A DNA stretch of 64,000 nt, taken from positions 858-64,857 of the forward strand of contig MFGV01000084.1 of the NCBI GenBank assembly GCA_001778375.1, written 5' to 3'. This document shows, in pieces, positions 10,158-18,145 of this stretch. The translations under genes were made by a program, and so were the position numbers. Each line of letters starts with the position of its first letter. Positions within the stretch are counted from its first letter, which is position 1. Origin of the DNA: Candidatus Firestonebacteria bacterium RIFOXYD2_FULL_39_29 (GTDB lineage Bacteria; Oederibacteriota; D2-FULL-39-29). The notes under the pieces were generated by a model, which had not been told where the DNA came from, made no database searches, and saw only the letters and a list, made by a program, of their open reading frames with translations.

Positions 10158-10691
10158 TTAGTACTCTATTCCTTTCCTTGCCGACACCCCTTTATCATAC
10201 GGGTGCTTTATTGCTTTCATTTCTGTTACCATATCGGCGGTTTTTATTATTATTTTTGAGGCATTTCTTCCGGTCAAAACCAGTTCCGTTGTTTTTGATT
10301 TGTTTTTTATTAAATTCAACAGCTCTTTTTCGCTTATTAATCCTCCAAAAACACAATTACTTATTTCATCCAGGATAACCAGATCGTATTTCCCGTTCTG
10401 ACTTGCATCTATTGCTGCATCGAACAGAAGTTCCGCATTCATTTTAAGTTCTGTCAAAGAAATATTTTTATCGAACATCGGATGCGTTTGGTCATTTCTG
10501 AATATTTTAACATTCTTAAATTTCTTAGAAAGCACAAGCTCTCCGGTTTTATTTCCGTTTGCTTTTAAGAATTGAAAGATTGCGATCTTAAAACCATTCC
10601 CGGCCGCCCTAAGCGCCAGACCGAAAGCCGCAGTGGTTTTTCCTTTCCCTTCCCCAGTATATATTTGAACCAGCCCCTTTTTTAATTTCAT
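10158..10691 (-). CDS. cobO: Cob(I)yrinic acid a,c-diamide / cob(I)alamin adenosyltransferase (CobA/CobO/BtuR type)
   Basis: IYTGEGKGKTTAAFGLALRAAG P-loop, 177 aa, 4-nt overlap with the upstream ATPase gene. Confidence 0.85.
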   Translation of the reverse strand: MKLKKGLVQIYTGEGKGKTTAAFGLALRAAGNGFKIAIFQFLKANGNKTGELVLSKKFKNVKIFRNDQTHPMFDKNISLTELKMNAELLFDAAIDASQNGKYDLVILDEISNCVFGGLISEKELLNLIKNKSKTTELVLTGRNASKIIIKTADMVTEMKAIKHPYDKGVSARKGIEY

Positions 10692-11440
10692 AGCAACACA
10701 TTCCCCTTTATCAGATTTACGTTAACGCCATAGACATCTTTTATTATTTTTCTCGTAACTACTTTTTTTGCCGTTCCTTCCGTATAGATCCTCCCCTTTT
10801 TTAAAAGTACCAGCTTTTTGCAGTATTTCGAAGCAAGATTAATATCATGAGAAATCATAATTACCGTTATTTTTACATTTTCATTCAACTTTTTTACAAG
10901 TTCAAGAATATCATACTGATGATTGATATCCAGATGACTTGTCGGTTCATCCAGTAAAAGGACTTTCGGCATTTGCGCTAAGGCGCGGGCAATAAAAACC
11001 CTCTGCCTTTCCCCGCTGCTTAATTCATCAATGTTCCTGTCTTTAAAGCGTGAAATATCCGCAAGCTTCATCGCGGAATTAACAATATCAACATCCTCTT
11101 TCCCTTCCCAGGAAAACCTTTTAATGTACGGAGAGCGCCCCATCATCACAATTTCAAATACCGTAAACGGAAATATAATTGTTTCATCCTGCGGGACCAT
11201 AGCAATATTTTTGGCAACAAACCCGGTATCCAGTTTAAATATATCCTGACCTTTGAAAAACACATTCCCTGCTCCGGGTTTTAACCCTCTGCAAAGCATT
11301 TTAAGAAGTGTTGTTTTACCCGAACCGTTAGGCCCTATTATCCCGATAAAATCAGCTTCTTCAACAGAGAGATTGATATTATTCAACACCTGCTTTTCCC
11401 CGTAGCCGAACGTTATGTTTTTTGCTTCAAGTATTTTCAC
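10688..11440 (-). CDS. btuD: ABC transporter ATP-binding protein (BtuD/FepC-like)
   Basis: Walker A GPNGSGKTT, signature LSSGERQRV, Walker B LLLDEP. Start re-set to a GTG overlapping the btuC TGA (GTGA). The longer track ORF would overlap btuC by 100 nt. Confidence 0.85.
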   Translation of the reverse strand: MKILEAKNITFGYGEKQVLNNINLSVEEADFIGIIGPNGSGKTTLLKMLCRGLKPGAGNVFFKGQDIFKLDTGFVAKNIAMVPQDETIIFPFTVFEIVMMGRSPYIKRFSWEGKEDVDIVNSAMKLADISRFKDRNIDELSSGERQRVFIARALAQMPKVLLLDEPTSHLDINHQYDILELVKKLNENVKITVIMISHDINLASKYCKKLVLLKKGRIYTEGTAKKVVTRKIIKDVYGVNVNLIKGNVLL

Positions 11441-12459
11441 TTTTTCCTCTTTAAAAGATACAAAAATAACGGACCGCCTAAGATCGCGGTAACCACTCCT
11501 GTAGGTATTTCTGACGGTGCTATTACGCTCCTGCAAAGCGTATCCGAGAGAATTAAAAATATTCCACCGAGGAGTGCAGAGACCGGTATAAGAATACGGT
11601 GATCCGGCCCGACGATCATCCTTGCTATATGAGGAATTATCAGACCTACAAAACCAATCAGGCCGCTTACGGATACGGCAAGAGCCGTGAGCATAGAAGT
11701 CAGAACAAAGAGCATTTTTTTTACTTTTTCGGTTTTTACTCCAAGAAAAACCGCAGTTTCTTCTCCAACAGCAATAATATTCAGATCATTGCTGAACATG
11801 TAGATGACAAACATTAAAAGCAAGGCGACCGGGGTAATATAAGGAAGCAGATCATAGTTCGTATTATTTAAAGTACCCATCATCCAAACCACCACTTCTG
11901 CAAGTCCTTTATTTGAAACTGTGATAATAAGCATTATAAGAGCAGAAAAAGAAAAGTTAATAATAACCCCTGAAAGAAGTAATGTGTGTAAAGAGATCTT
12001 CCCTTTATTCCGGGCCAGACCATACACTAAGAACATTGATAAAAGCGCACCTGCAAACGCGGCAAAAGGGACTACAGGAACTCCAAAGAAGAAAAACGGC
12101 AAACTTGAAAGTATTATAATAGCAGCTCCAAGCGCCGCACCGCTTGAAACCCCTAGAAGATAAGGATCCGCAAGCGGATTTTTAAGAAGACCCTGAAATA
12201 CCGCGCCTGAGACCGAAAGTGAAGCACCGACTAAAAGAGCCAGCAAAACCCTGGGTATCCTGACTTTAAAAAGTATATCAGAGATAGTTTCATCCCAGGT
12301 AACAGGAATATACCCGCTGACTGCCGGTATTTTAGAAAGCATTATCTTAATTGCCGCACCCGGCTCAATAAAAACACCGCCTATAAATATCCCAAGGAAA
12401 ACACTCGAAATTAAAAGTATTATTCCAAGCAGTATGTAAGTTTTAAATCTATTTTTCAT
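11437..12459 (-). CDS. btuC: FecCD-family ABC permease (BtuC-like)
   Basis: About 340 aa with 9-10 TM helices and the typical FecCD C-terminus (GVVTAILGGPLFLYLL). Start set at ATG 12459; the track start is a GTG lying inside a dispersed repeat. Confidence 0.85.
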   Translation of the reverse strand: MKNRFKTYILLGIILLISSVFLGIFIGGVFIEPGAAIKIMLSKIPAVSGYIPVTWDETISDILFKVRIPRVLLALLVGASLSVSGAVFQGLLKNPLADPYLLGVSSGAALGAAIIILSSLPFFFFGVPVVPFAAFAGALLSMFLVYGLARNKGKISLHTLLLSGVIINFSFSALIMLIITVSNKGLAEVVVWMMGTLNNTNYDLLPYITPVALLLMFVIYMFSNDLNIIAVGEETAVFLGVKTEKVKKMLFVLTSMLTALAVSVSGLIGFVGLIIPHIARMIVGPDHRILIPVSALLGGIFLILSDTLCRSVIAPSEIPTGVVTAILGGPLFLYLLKRKK

Positions 12460-12474
12460 TTTACCTTTTGAAAA

Positions 12475-12520
12475 CGATTCCACTTCCGCCAGTTATATAG
12501 GGCGGATCTCTCGAAGAGAT
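12475..12520 (+). repeat. CCGCC-hairpin dispersed repeat, copy R1 (variant 5' end)
   Basis: CGATTCCACTTCCGCCAGTTATATAGGGCGGATCTCTCGAAGAGAT, near-identical to 22609-22654. Confidence 0.8.
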
Positions 12521-12535
12521 TGCAACTACAAATCA

Positions 12536-13366
12536 TCAAATATATTGCTCCAATAGTTTTTTTGTTATCTCTCGTGTTTTCTGCACTTCTCTCCGTCTTT
12601 GTTTTTCCGTTATTGCGATATCCTTCATGTGCGGTTTAAGTTCAAGTGTGGCCACGCAGCCTTTCGCAAGCTTCTTTGAATCTTTCAATATTTTAAAAAC
12701 CTCAGCATAATCCATATTTCCTCTCCCTAAAGGGAGGTGCGAATCTTCTTCGCCGTTGTTGTCATGGACATGCAGCTCGACAACGGAAAGCGGCAGCGAG
12801 TTGATATACTCGGAAATATTTTCTTTATCAATAAGTCCTTTTTTTACCGCAATATTCATATGCCCGAGGTCTAAAAGAATCCCGAGCCGCTTTGACTTTA
12901 TCGCTTTACTTATTTTTTGAAAATCAGAGATCTTTGAATTAACTGTCCAGTTTTCAATACCTACTTTAACTCTTGAGATATTCTTTAGAGTAAATTTGAG
13001 CGCCTTTATCGTATTATTCGCATTATAAACCACATCATGCCTTTCCCCAACTTCATCAAAAGCAGGGTCAAAACAGATATTTAAAACATGTTTTTCCATT
13101 TTGTTTCTTTTTATAAAACCTTTAATGTTATCCAGTCTGGTTTTCAGATCTTTTAAAAACCTTTTTTTTTTCATGGAGAAGAACGCCAGATGAAAAGTAA
13201 CAACTAATTTATTTTTCTTTATCGCCTCCGCAACGGCTTTTTCACTTGCATCTTCAAAGGAACTACCTAAAAAACTAATGGACGTAAATCCCATTCCGGC
13301 TAAATGGTCAATTGTATTAATAATGGACTTTTTTCGTATGTTCCAGATAGCGATACCAATCTTCAT
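12536..13366 (-). CDS. Xylose-isomerase-like TIM barrel / AP endonuclease 2 family protein; candidate CbiR-type cobamide-remodelling phosphodiesterase
   Basis: Fold-family motifs GILLDLGHMN and ELHVHDNNGEEDSHLPLGRGNMDY. It is the first gene after the cobalamin riboswitch. The CbiR assignment is by context and superfamily only. Confidence 0.55.
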   Translation of the reverse strand: MKIGIAIWNIRKKSIINTIDHLAGMGFTSISFLGSSFEDASEKAVAEAIKKNKLVVTFHLAFFSMKKKRFLKDLKTRLDNIKGFIKRNKMEKHVLNICFDPAFDEVGERHDVVYNANNTIKALKFTLKNISRVKVGIENWTVNSKISDFQKISKAIKSKRLGILLDLGHMNIAVKKGLIDKENISEYINSLPLSVVELHVHDNNGEEDSHLPLGRGNMDYAEVFKILKDSKKLAKGCVATLELKPHMKDIAITEKQRRREVQKTREITKKLLEQYI

Positions 13367-13396
13367 TGAGTCAATTTTCCTTTCTTAAAATAATTT

Positions 13397-13482
13397 TGTC
13401 ATTGCGAAACCTGCCTTTTGGTTGAAGCAATCTCGTTTTTTTATAGATTGCTTCGTCGTAAAAACTCCTCCTCGCAATGACA
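13397..13482. repeat. Nested palindromic element in the riboswitch-to-gene leader
   Basis: Outer arms TGTCATTGCGA (13397-13407) / TCGCAATGACA (13472-13482). Inner arms GAAGCAATCT (13424-13433) / AGATTGCTTC (13445-13454). Confidence 0.75.
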
Positions 13483-13487
13483 GAGCC

Positions 13488-13534
13488 CCAAATAAAAATG
13501 CACCTGCTTGTATTTTCACATACAAGCGAGGTGC
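13488..13534 (-). terminator. Intrinsic terminator, likely the riboswitch expression platform
   Basis: The minus strand reads GCACCTCGCTTGTATGTGAAAATACAAGCAGGTGC followed by ATTTTTATTTGG. Confidence 0.65.
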
Positions 13535-13589
13535 ACCCGTTCTAACTTGGCCCGCTAATTAAAAAACCGTTTATCCTTTGTTCCTCGAA

Positions 13590-13760
13590 GGAGACGGTGA
13601 TTCATTTTACGGTAAGGTTTTCTGGCTCGAAGGTCCAACCTACTCTTCCGCCTTCCCGTCCGCCGGAGGCGAGACAGTGGCTCTGGAATTTCGTTCCTTC
13701 TTACAGCACCGGGAGTGCGCCGGATTCACACCGGCTTCCCTACACCGCAAAACAACTACG
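13590..13760 (-). promoter_or_regulatory. Cobalamin (AdoCbl-type) riboswitch aptamer
   Basis: The minus strand reads GGGAAGCCGGTGTGAATCCGGCGCACTCCCGGTGCTGTAAG..GCCACTG..GGGAAGGCGG..GAGCCAGAAAACCTTACC. This matches the conserved GGGAA-GGTG-AA-CC, GCTGTAA, GCCACTG, GGGAAGGC and B12-box blocks. Confidence 0.9.
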
Positions 13761-13765
13761 CTTGT

Positions 13766-13794
13766 ATTCTAGCCAACATAATATTTTTTGTCAA
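13766..13794 (-). promoter_or_regulatory. Sigma-70-type promoter for the riboswitch operon
   Basis: Minus strand TTGACA (13794-13789), 17-nt spacer, TAGAAT (13771-13766), just upstream of the aptamer. Confidence 0.6.
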
Positions 13795-13833
13795 TACAAT
13801 TTTATAATTTTATAAATAAAGCAAGCGCAAACT

Positions 13834-13918
13834 GTAGTTGCCTGATTTATCAGGCGCTCGATTAATCGAGCAACTACAATATATATTGTTACTATAAATA
13901 TTTTCGGCTTTTGGCACA
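13834..13918 (+). repeat. GTAGTTGC three-stem element, copy 1
   Basis: GTAGTTGC [CCTGATTTATCAGG] CG [CTCGATTAATCGAG] CAACTAC, then AATAT...CTTTTGGCACA. The homolog is at 45731-45841. Confidence 0.75.
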
Positions 13919-13947
13919 TCCACATAAGCCTGAGGGATGTTCATATT

Positions 13948-14709
13948 TTATAGAACCATCAATACAATAGTTCCCATTATAAGCAAATATATGGAAAAAT
14001 AATGGAGTTTTTGTTTTTGGATGATATTTACGAGGAGCTTTGTGCAGAAGAAGCCGGTTATCGCGGCAACTAAAAGGCCTGTCAGGTAGACGGATATATC
14101 AATATTGACCATATCTGCTTTTGTTAGATGCCTTGTTTCTATTACTGCGGCTCCCAAAACAGCAGGAATGGAAAGGAGAAAGGAGAACTCAGCCGCAAAC
14201 TTCCTGTCAAGCTTTGCAAATAGACCTGCTGATATAGTGGAACCGGATCTGGAAATTCCCGGGATTATCGCGATACCCTGGATAAGCCCGACAAATAAAG
14301 CATTAAGCCAGGTCATTTCTTTTTCTGTTTTATTGCCGGTTTTTACCCTTCCTGCAAATAATAATATTATTGCAGTGCCAATAAGCGCCGCTCCGACTAG
14401 TTTTACATCGGTGAACATTTTTTCAAAAACATCTTTAAATGCAACACCTATGACACCGGTTACCGCTGTGGCAGTAAGGACCAGCATCAGCAGTTTTATA
14501 TTTTTAAATATCTCAACTATCCGTTTTCTAAAATATATCACAACCGCAAGGGCCGTACCCAGGTGAAGCGTCACATCAAACAGTATTCCCGGCTGGGAGA
14601 AGTTCTTAAATAAACTTTGTATCACAACAAGATGCCCCGAGGAGCTCACAGGGAGAAACTCTGTGAGACCCTGAACTATTCCGAGAATGATGGATTCAAG
14701 CAGTGTCAT
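13948..14709 (-). CDS. uppP: Undecaprenyl-diphosphate phosphatase
   Basis: GIVQGLTEFLPVSSSGHL and PGISRSGSTI motifs, 253 aa polytopic. Confidence 0.9.
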   Translation of the reverse strand: MTLLESIILGIVQGLTEFLPVSSSGHLVVIQSLFKNFSQPGILFDVTLHLGTALAVVIYFRKRIVEIFKNIKLLMLVLTATAVTGVIGVAFKDVFEKMFTDVKLVGAALIGTAIILLFAGRVKTGNKTEKEMTWLNALFVGLIQGIAIIPGISRSGSTISAGLFAKLDRKFAAEFSFLLSIPAVLGAAVIETRHLTKADMVNIDISVYLTGLLVAAITGFFCTKLLVNIIQKQKLHYFSIYLLIMGTIVLMVL

Positions 14710-14722
14710 ATTAACTCCAATA

Positions 14723-14925
14723 ACTAAGATTTAAGCACTAAATTCTAAACAATCACTAAGACTTAAATTCTAATCACTAAACTAAACCGTTGTAAGATAT
14801 TTATTTTTTTGTTGACAATATGTTTCAATGATTTTGTTTATCTCGCTATGGAAACGAATGTTTTCATCTATATATATTTCTAATCGAGAAAAGCTCTGCT
14901 TAAAATTTAGTGCTTAAATCTTAGT
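14723..14925. repeat. MITE-like element with perfect 21-bp terminal inverted repeats (TAAGCAC-heptamer family)
   Basis: ACTAAGATTTAAGCACTAAAT (14723-14743) is the exact reverse complement of ATTTAGTGCTTAAATCTTAGT (14905-14925). The element fills the gltX-uppP spacer. Confidence 0.85.
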
Positions 14926-14936
14926 AATTCACAATC

Positions 14937-16373
14937 TTAAAATATTTTAAGATTGGCCTCCATTCTCTTAATGCATTCTGCTGAGCCCAGGGCGGGGAGG
15001 ACATTTGCAAGCTCTTCACCGTGTTCTGCGCCGGTAATGGCGATACGGATGGGCATAAACAGGTCTTTGCCTTTTACTCCTGCTTTTTTTCCGGCTTCGG
15101 CAATGAGCGCTTTACAGTTTTCCTTGGTTATCTCCGTTGCTTTCAAAACTTCAATGAAGGCATTAATAGTCGCAGCGGCATTATTTATTCCGCTCCAAAC
15201 GTTTACGGCAACCTGATCAACGGCTTTTGCTTCAGTAAAAACGGAAGCAAGCTCGGGGATCATATTAAAGGATTTAACACCCGTCTTTATTTTAAGGAGA
15301 ACATCTTTCTTCCACTCTTCGCTCTTCTCGATCTTTGCAAGATACGGGAGAGCATGTTTCAGGTAAACTTCTTCCGGCAGTTTCATAATATATTCGTGGT
15401 TCATCCAGACAAGTTTCTTCTCGTCAAAAATAGAACCGGAATGTCCGACATCTTTAATATCAAAACTCTTAAATATCTCTTCTTTTGTTTTTATCTCCAC
15501 GCCGTCTTTCGGATACCAACCAAGAAGGGACATGTAGTTAAACATTGCTTCAGGCAAAAATCCTTTGTCGCGGTAAGCAAGAAGAGATGTTTCCCCGTGC
15601 CTTTTTGAAAGCTTGCTCCTGTCAGCGCCGAGGATCATGGAAAGATGCGCAAACTCCGGCAACGGAAATCCAAAAGCCTCATAGAGCAATACCTGGCGGG
15701 GTGTATTTGAAAGATGGTCTTCACCTCTGATAACATGCGTGATTTTCATAAGATTATCATCAATAACGACAGCAAAGTTATATATAGGTACTCCGTCCGA
15801 ACGGGCAATAACAAAATCCCCTATCTCTTTCGTGTTAAACTCCACAGGCCCTCTTACCAGGTCATCAAACTTTACGATAACATTTTCAGCTACTTTAAAC
15901 CTTACAACAAACCTTTCTTTCTTCGCAAGTTTTGCCTGTATTTCCTGTTCTGAAAGTTTTGTACATTTCCCGCTGTATTTATAAGGCATACCCGCCTTAA
16001 CGGACTTTTGTCTCTCAACTTCCACTTCTTCAGGAGAACAGAAGCAATAATAAGCCTTTTTCTCCTTTAAAAGCTTGTCTAAATACTCATTATATATAGA
16101 AAGCCGCTTCATCTGGGTATACGGCCCAAACTCCCCTTTTTCGTTATCAATTCCAAAATATCCTTCATCCCAATCCAACCCCAGCCACTTGAGCGACTCG
16201 ACTATGACTTTCACCGCTTCAGGCGTAGACCTCTCCTGATCAGTATCCTCTATCCTGAGAATAAACACCCCTTCGGTCTTTTTAGCAAAAAGATAATTAA
16301 AAAGCGCCGTCCTGGCATTCCCTATATGCATGTACCCCGTCGGAGACGGAGCAAAACGTACTCTGTTTGTCAT
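14937..16373 (-). CDS. gltX: Glutamyl-tRNA synthetase
   Basis: RFAPSPTGYMHIGNARTALFNY (HIGH) and KLSKRHG (KMSKS) motifs, 478 aa. Confidence 0.95.
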   Translation of the reverse strand: MTNRVRFAPSPTGYMHIGNARTALFNYLFAKKTEGVFILRIEDTDQERSTPEAVKVIVESLKWLGLDWDEGYFGIDNEKGEFGPYTQMKRLSIYNEYLDKLLKEKKAYYCFCSPEEVEVERQKSVKAGMPYKYSGKCTKLSEQEIQAKLAKKERFVVRFKVAENVIVKFDDLVRGPVEFNTKEIGDFVIARSDGVPIYNFAVVIDDNLMKITHVIRGEDHLSNTPRQVLLYEAFGFPLPEFAHLSMILGADRSKLSKRHGETSLLAYRDKGFLPEAMFNYMSLLGWYPKDGVEIKTKEEIFKSFDIKDVGHSGSIFDEKKLVWMNHEYIMKLPEEVYLKHALPYLAKIEKSEEWKKDVLLKIKTGVKSFNMIPELASVFTEAKAVDQVAVNVWSGINNAAATINAFIEVLKATEITKENCKALIAEAGKKAGVKGKDLFMPIRIAITGAEHGEELANVLPALGSAECIKRMEANLKIF

Positions 16374-16377
16374 TGGT

Positions 16378-16812
16378 TTATCCTTTTAAAATCTTCTTTA
16401 GTTTCTTCTTTATATCTTCAACTTGTTTCTCCGTCAGCTTTCCTTTTCTTACTTTTTCCGGAATCTGCCAAATGGGGAGTTTTTTGTATTTATCATTCTT
16501 ATATCTCGGTATTACGTGCCAGTGGATATGATGCGTGATGTTGCCGAGGTTCTCATAGTTAAACCTTTCAGGTTTGAAGGCTTTGTCTATTGCAGCCGTC
16601 ACCCGCATCATATCTTCGTACAAACATTTTTGAACCTTCATCGGGAGTTTATGTGTATGTTCTTTGTGACTTTTTGTAAAGAGAATACAATATCCTTTAA
16701 AATACTGCCCTTCTGCCAAAATTACGTAGGACTCTTTTAATTCTGCAATTATCGGACAGGGTACTTTCTTCTTATATTTTACGATAGCTTTGCAAAAAAA
16801 GCATTTCTTCAT
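16378..16812 (-). CDS. HIT-family nucleotide hydrolase/transferase
   Basis: Histidine triad HHIHWHVIPR, 144 aa, 4-nt overlap with ispF. Confidence 0.8.
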   Translation of the reverse strand: MKKCFFCKAIVKYKKKVPCPIIAELKESYVILAEGQYFKGYCILFTKSHKEHTHKLPMKVQKCLYEDMMRVTAAIDKAFKPERFNYENLGNITHHIHWHVIPRYKNDKYKKLPIWQIPEKVRKGKLTEKQVEDIKKKLKKILKG

Positions 16813-17309
16813 TTCTTAAACATCCATTTTCTTTTTCTGGTTAGATTTACTATTGCGTGGGCTTGCATCGCTTTTTGGGTGCCGATATCTCCGAGCCCTT
16901 TGGCAGTGGTGGCTTTTATAGAGACTTGTTCCGGTTCAATAGAAAGCATTTTAGCTATATTTTCTTTCATTTCCCCAATGTACTGGGAAAGCTTTGGCTG
17001 CTCTGTCATTATTACAGTATCAATATTTATAATTTTATAATCTTTTTTTAATTTGTTTCCGACATGCTGTAATAGAATCAAACTGGAAGCGTCTTTATTT
17101 TCCGGCCGGTCCACGCCGAATATGAGACCAATATCACCTTCATCCGCCGCGCCAAGCAAAGCATCAATTATTGCGTGACATAAAATATCCGCATCGGAAT
17201 GCCCGTCCAGTCCGAGATGAAACGGAATATGCACTCCGCCGAGAATAAGATTTCTACCGTGTTTTAGTTTGTGAATATCAATGCCAAGACCTACGAGATT
17301 TGTGGACAT
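16809..17309 (-). CDS. ispF: 2-C-methyl-D-erythritol 2,4-cyclodiphosphate synthase
   Basis: GIDIHKL..GHSDADILCHAIIDALLGA motifs, 166 aa. Confidence 0.95.
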   Translation of the reverse strand: MSTNLVGLGIDIHKLKHGRNLILGGVHIPFHLGLDGHSDADILCHAIIDALLGAADEGDIGLIFGVDRPENKDASSLILLQHVGNKLKKDYKIINIDTVIMTEQPKLSQYIGEMKENIAKMLSIEPEQVSIKATTAKGLGDIGTQKAMQAHAIVNLTRKRKWMFKK

Positions 17310-17323
17310 AATAACTCCTTATA

Positions 17324-17453
17324 AATAATGACTATTGACTATTTATTGTTGGCGGAGAGAAAACTTCCGCCTTCATAATATTGATATTTTTAAAATATTG
17401 CGGCGGCACTTTGCCGCATTCATTAAATAGTCATTAGTCACTAGTCATTAGTA
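17324..17453. repeat. Inverted-arm intergenic element, TAGTC-heptamer family, copy 3
   Basis: Arms AATAATGACTATTGACTATTTATT / TAAATAGTCATTAGTCACTAGTCATTAGTAC. Interior has GGCGG-N11-CCGCC and GCGGCGGCACTTTGCCGC, in the opposite order to copy 2. Confidence 0.85.
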
Positions 17454-17458
17454 CTTTC

Positions 17459-18145
17459 TTAGAAATAGCCCCTTAAAAGCAGCAGTATTATTTCCCCGTT
17501 AAATCCCGCAATTACCGGGACTAAAAGATTATCATCCAGCTTTTTCACTGCCGTTTCTACAACCGTGGCGGTGACTGCCATGACAGCAATAATAAGCCAC
17601 ATAGGGTCTCCCGCGGGAAGCCACCAACAAGTGTCCCACCACATTCTCCCGTTAACCGGCAGACGTAGAACCATAAAACCTATCAAAAAATCAACGGCTA
17701 ATTCCGCTAAAAATCCTTCCCATGCTTTTCCTTTTATATAAGGAAGGGGAGTCTTTCCAAATTTGGTCCCTACTAACGCAGCTGTCAAGTCTCCAAAAGT
17801 GACCATAAGAATACCGGCTGCAGCAATACGAAGATCAAAAATAGCCAGGGAAATAATAGACCCGAGCAAAAAGTATATTTCCGCGCCCATATGATGTTTT
17901 TCTTTGTCTCTTCTGTACTCCCAGAGTTTTCTAAGGAACGGAATTTTTGCGCCCACCTCTACTCTTGCATACTCAAGCTCGAAAAGAATTATCAACATGA
18001 AGGAAAGAAAGAGCAGGGCAACTTTATGATTGACCTCTTTTGAGACAAGGACATAGGCAATGAGGAAAATTACCGAAAAAAGGTGGATGGACTTTCTTAT
18101 TACTTCCTTCTTAAAACTCCATTTTTTTTCTTTTTTCATGACCAA
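17459..18145 (-). CDS. Polytopic membrane protein, CTP-transferase-1 family (dolichol/phytol-kinase or CdsA-like)
   Basis: 228 aa with 6-7 TM helices, RKSIHL near the N-terminus and GDLTAALVGTKFGK. Family-level call only. Confidence 0.5.
   Translation of the reverse strand: MVMKKEKKWSFKKEVIRKSIHLFSVIFLIAYVLVSKEVNHKVALLFLSFMLIILFELEYARVEVGAKIPFLRKLWEYRRDKEKHHMGAEIYFLLGSIISLAIFDLRIAAAGILMVTFGDLTAALVGTKFGKTPLPYIKGKAWEGFLAELAVDFLIGFMVLRLPVNGRMWWDTCWWLPAGDPMWLIIAVMAVTATVVETAVKKLDDNLLVPVIAGFNGEIILLLLRGYF

Noticed and set aside
14723-14925. TAAGCACTAA / TTAGTGCTTAA words considered as CIRCE (TTAGCACTC-N9-GAGTGCTAA) HrcA operators
   Set aside because: Only a partial half-site resemblance with wrong spacing. 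The words are located at gltX-uppP and nfnA spacers rather than at the chaperone genes. No CIRCE-like inverted repeat is found upstream of groES or dnaK.
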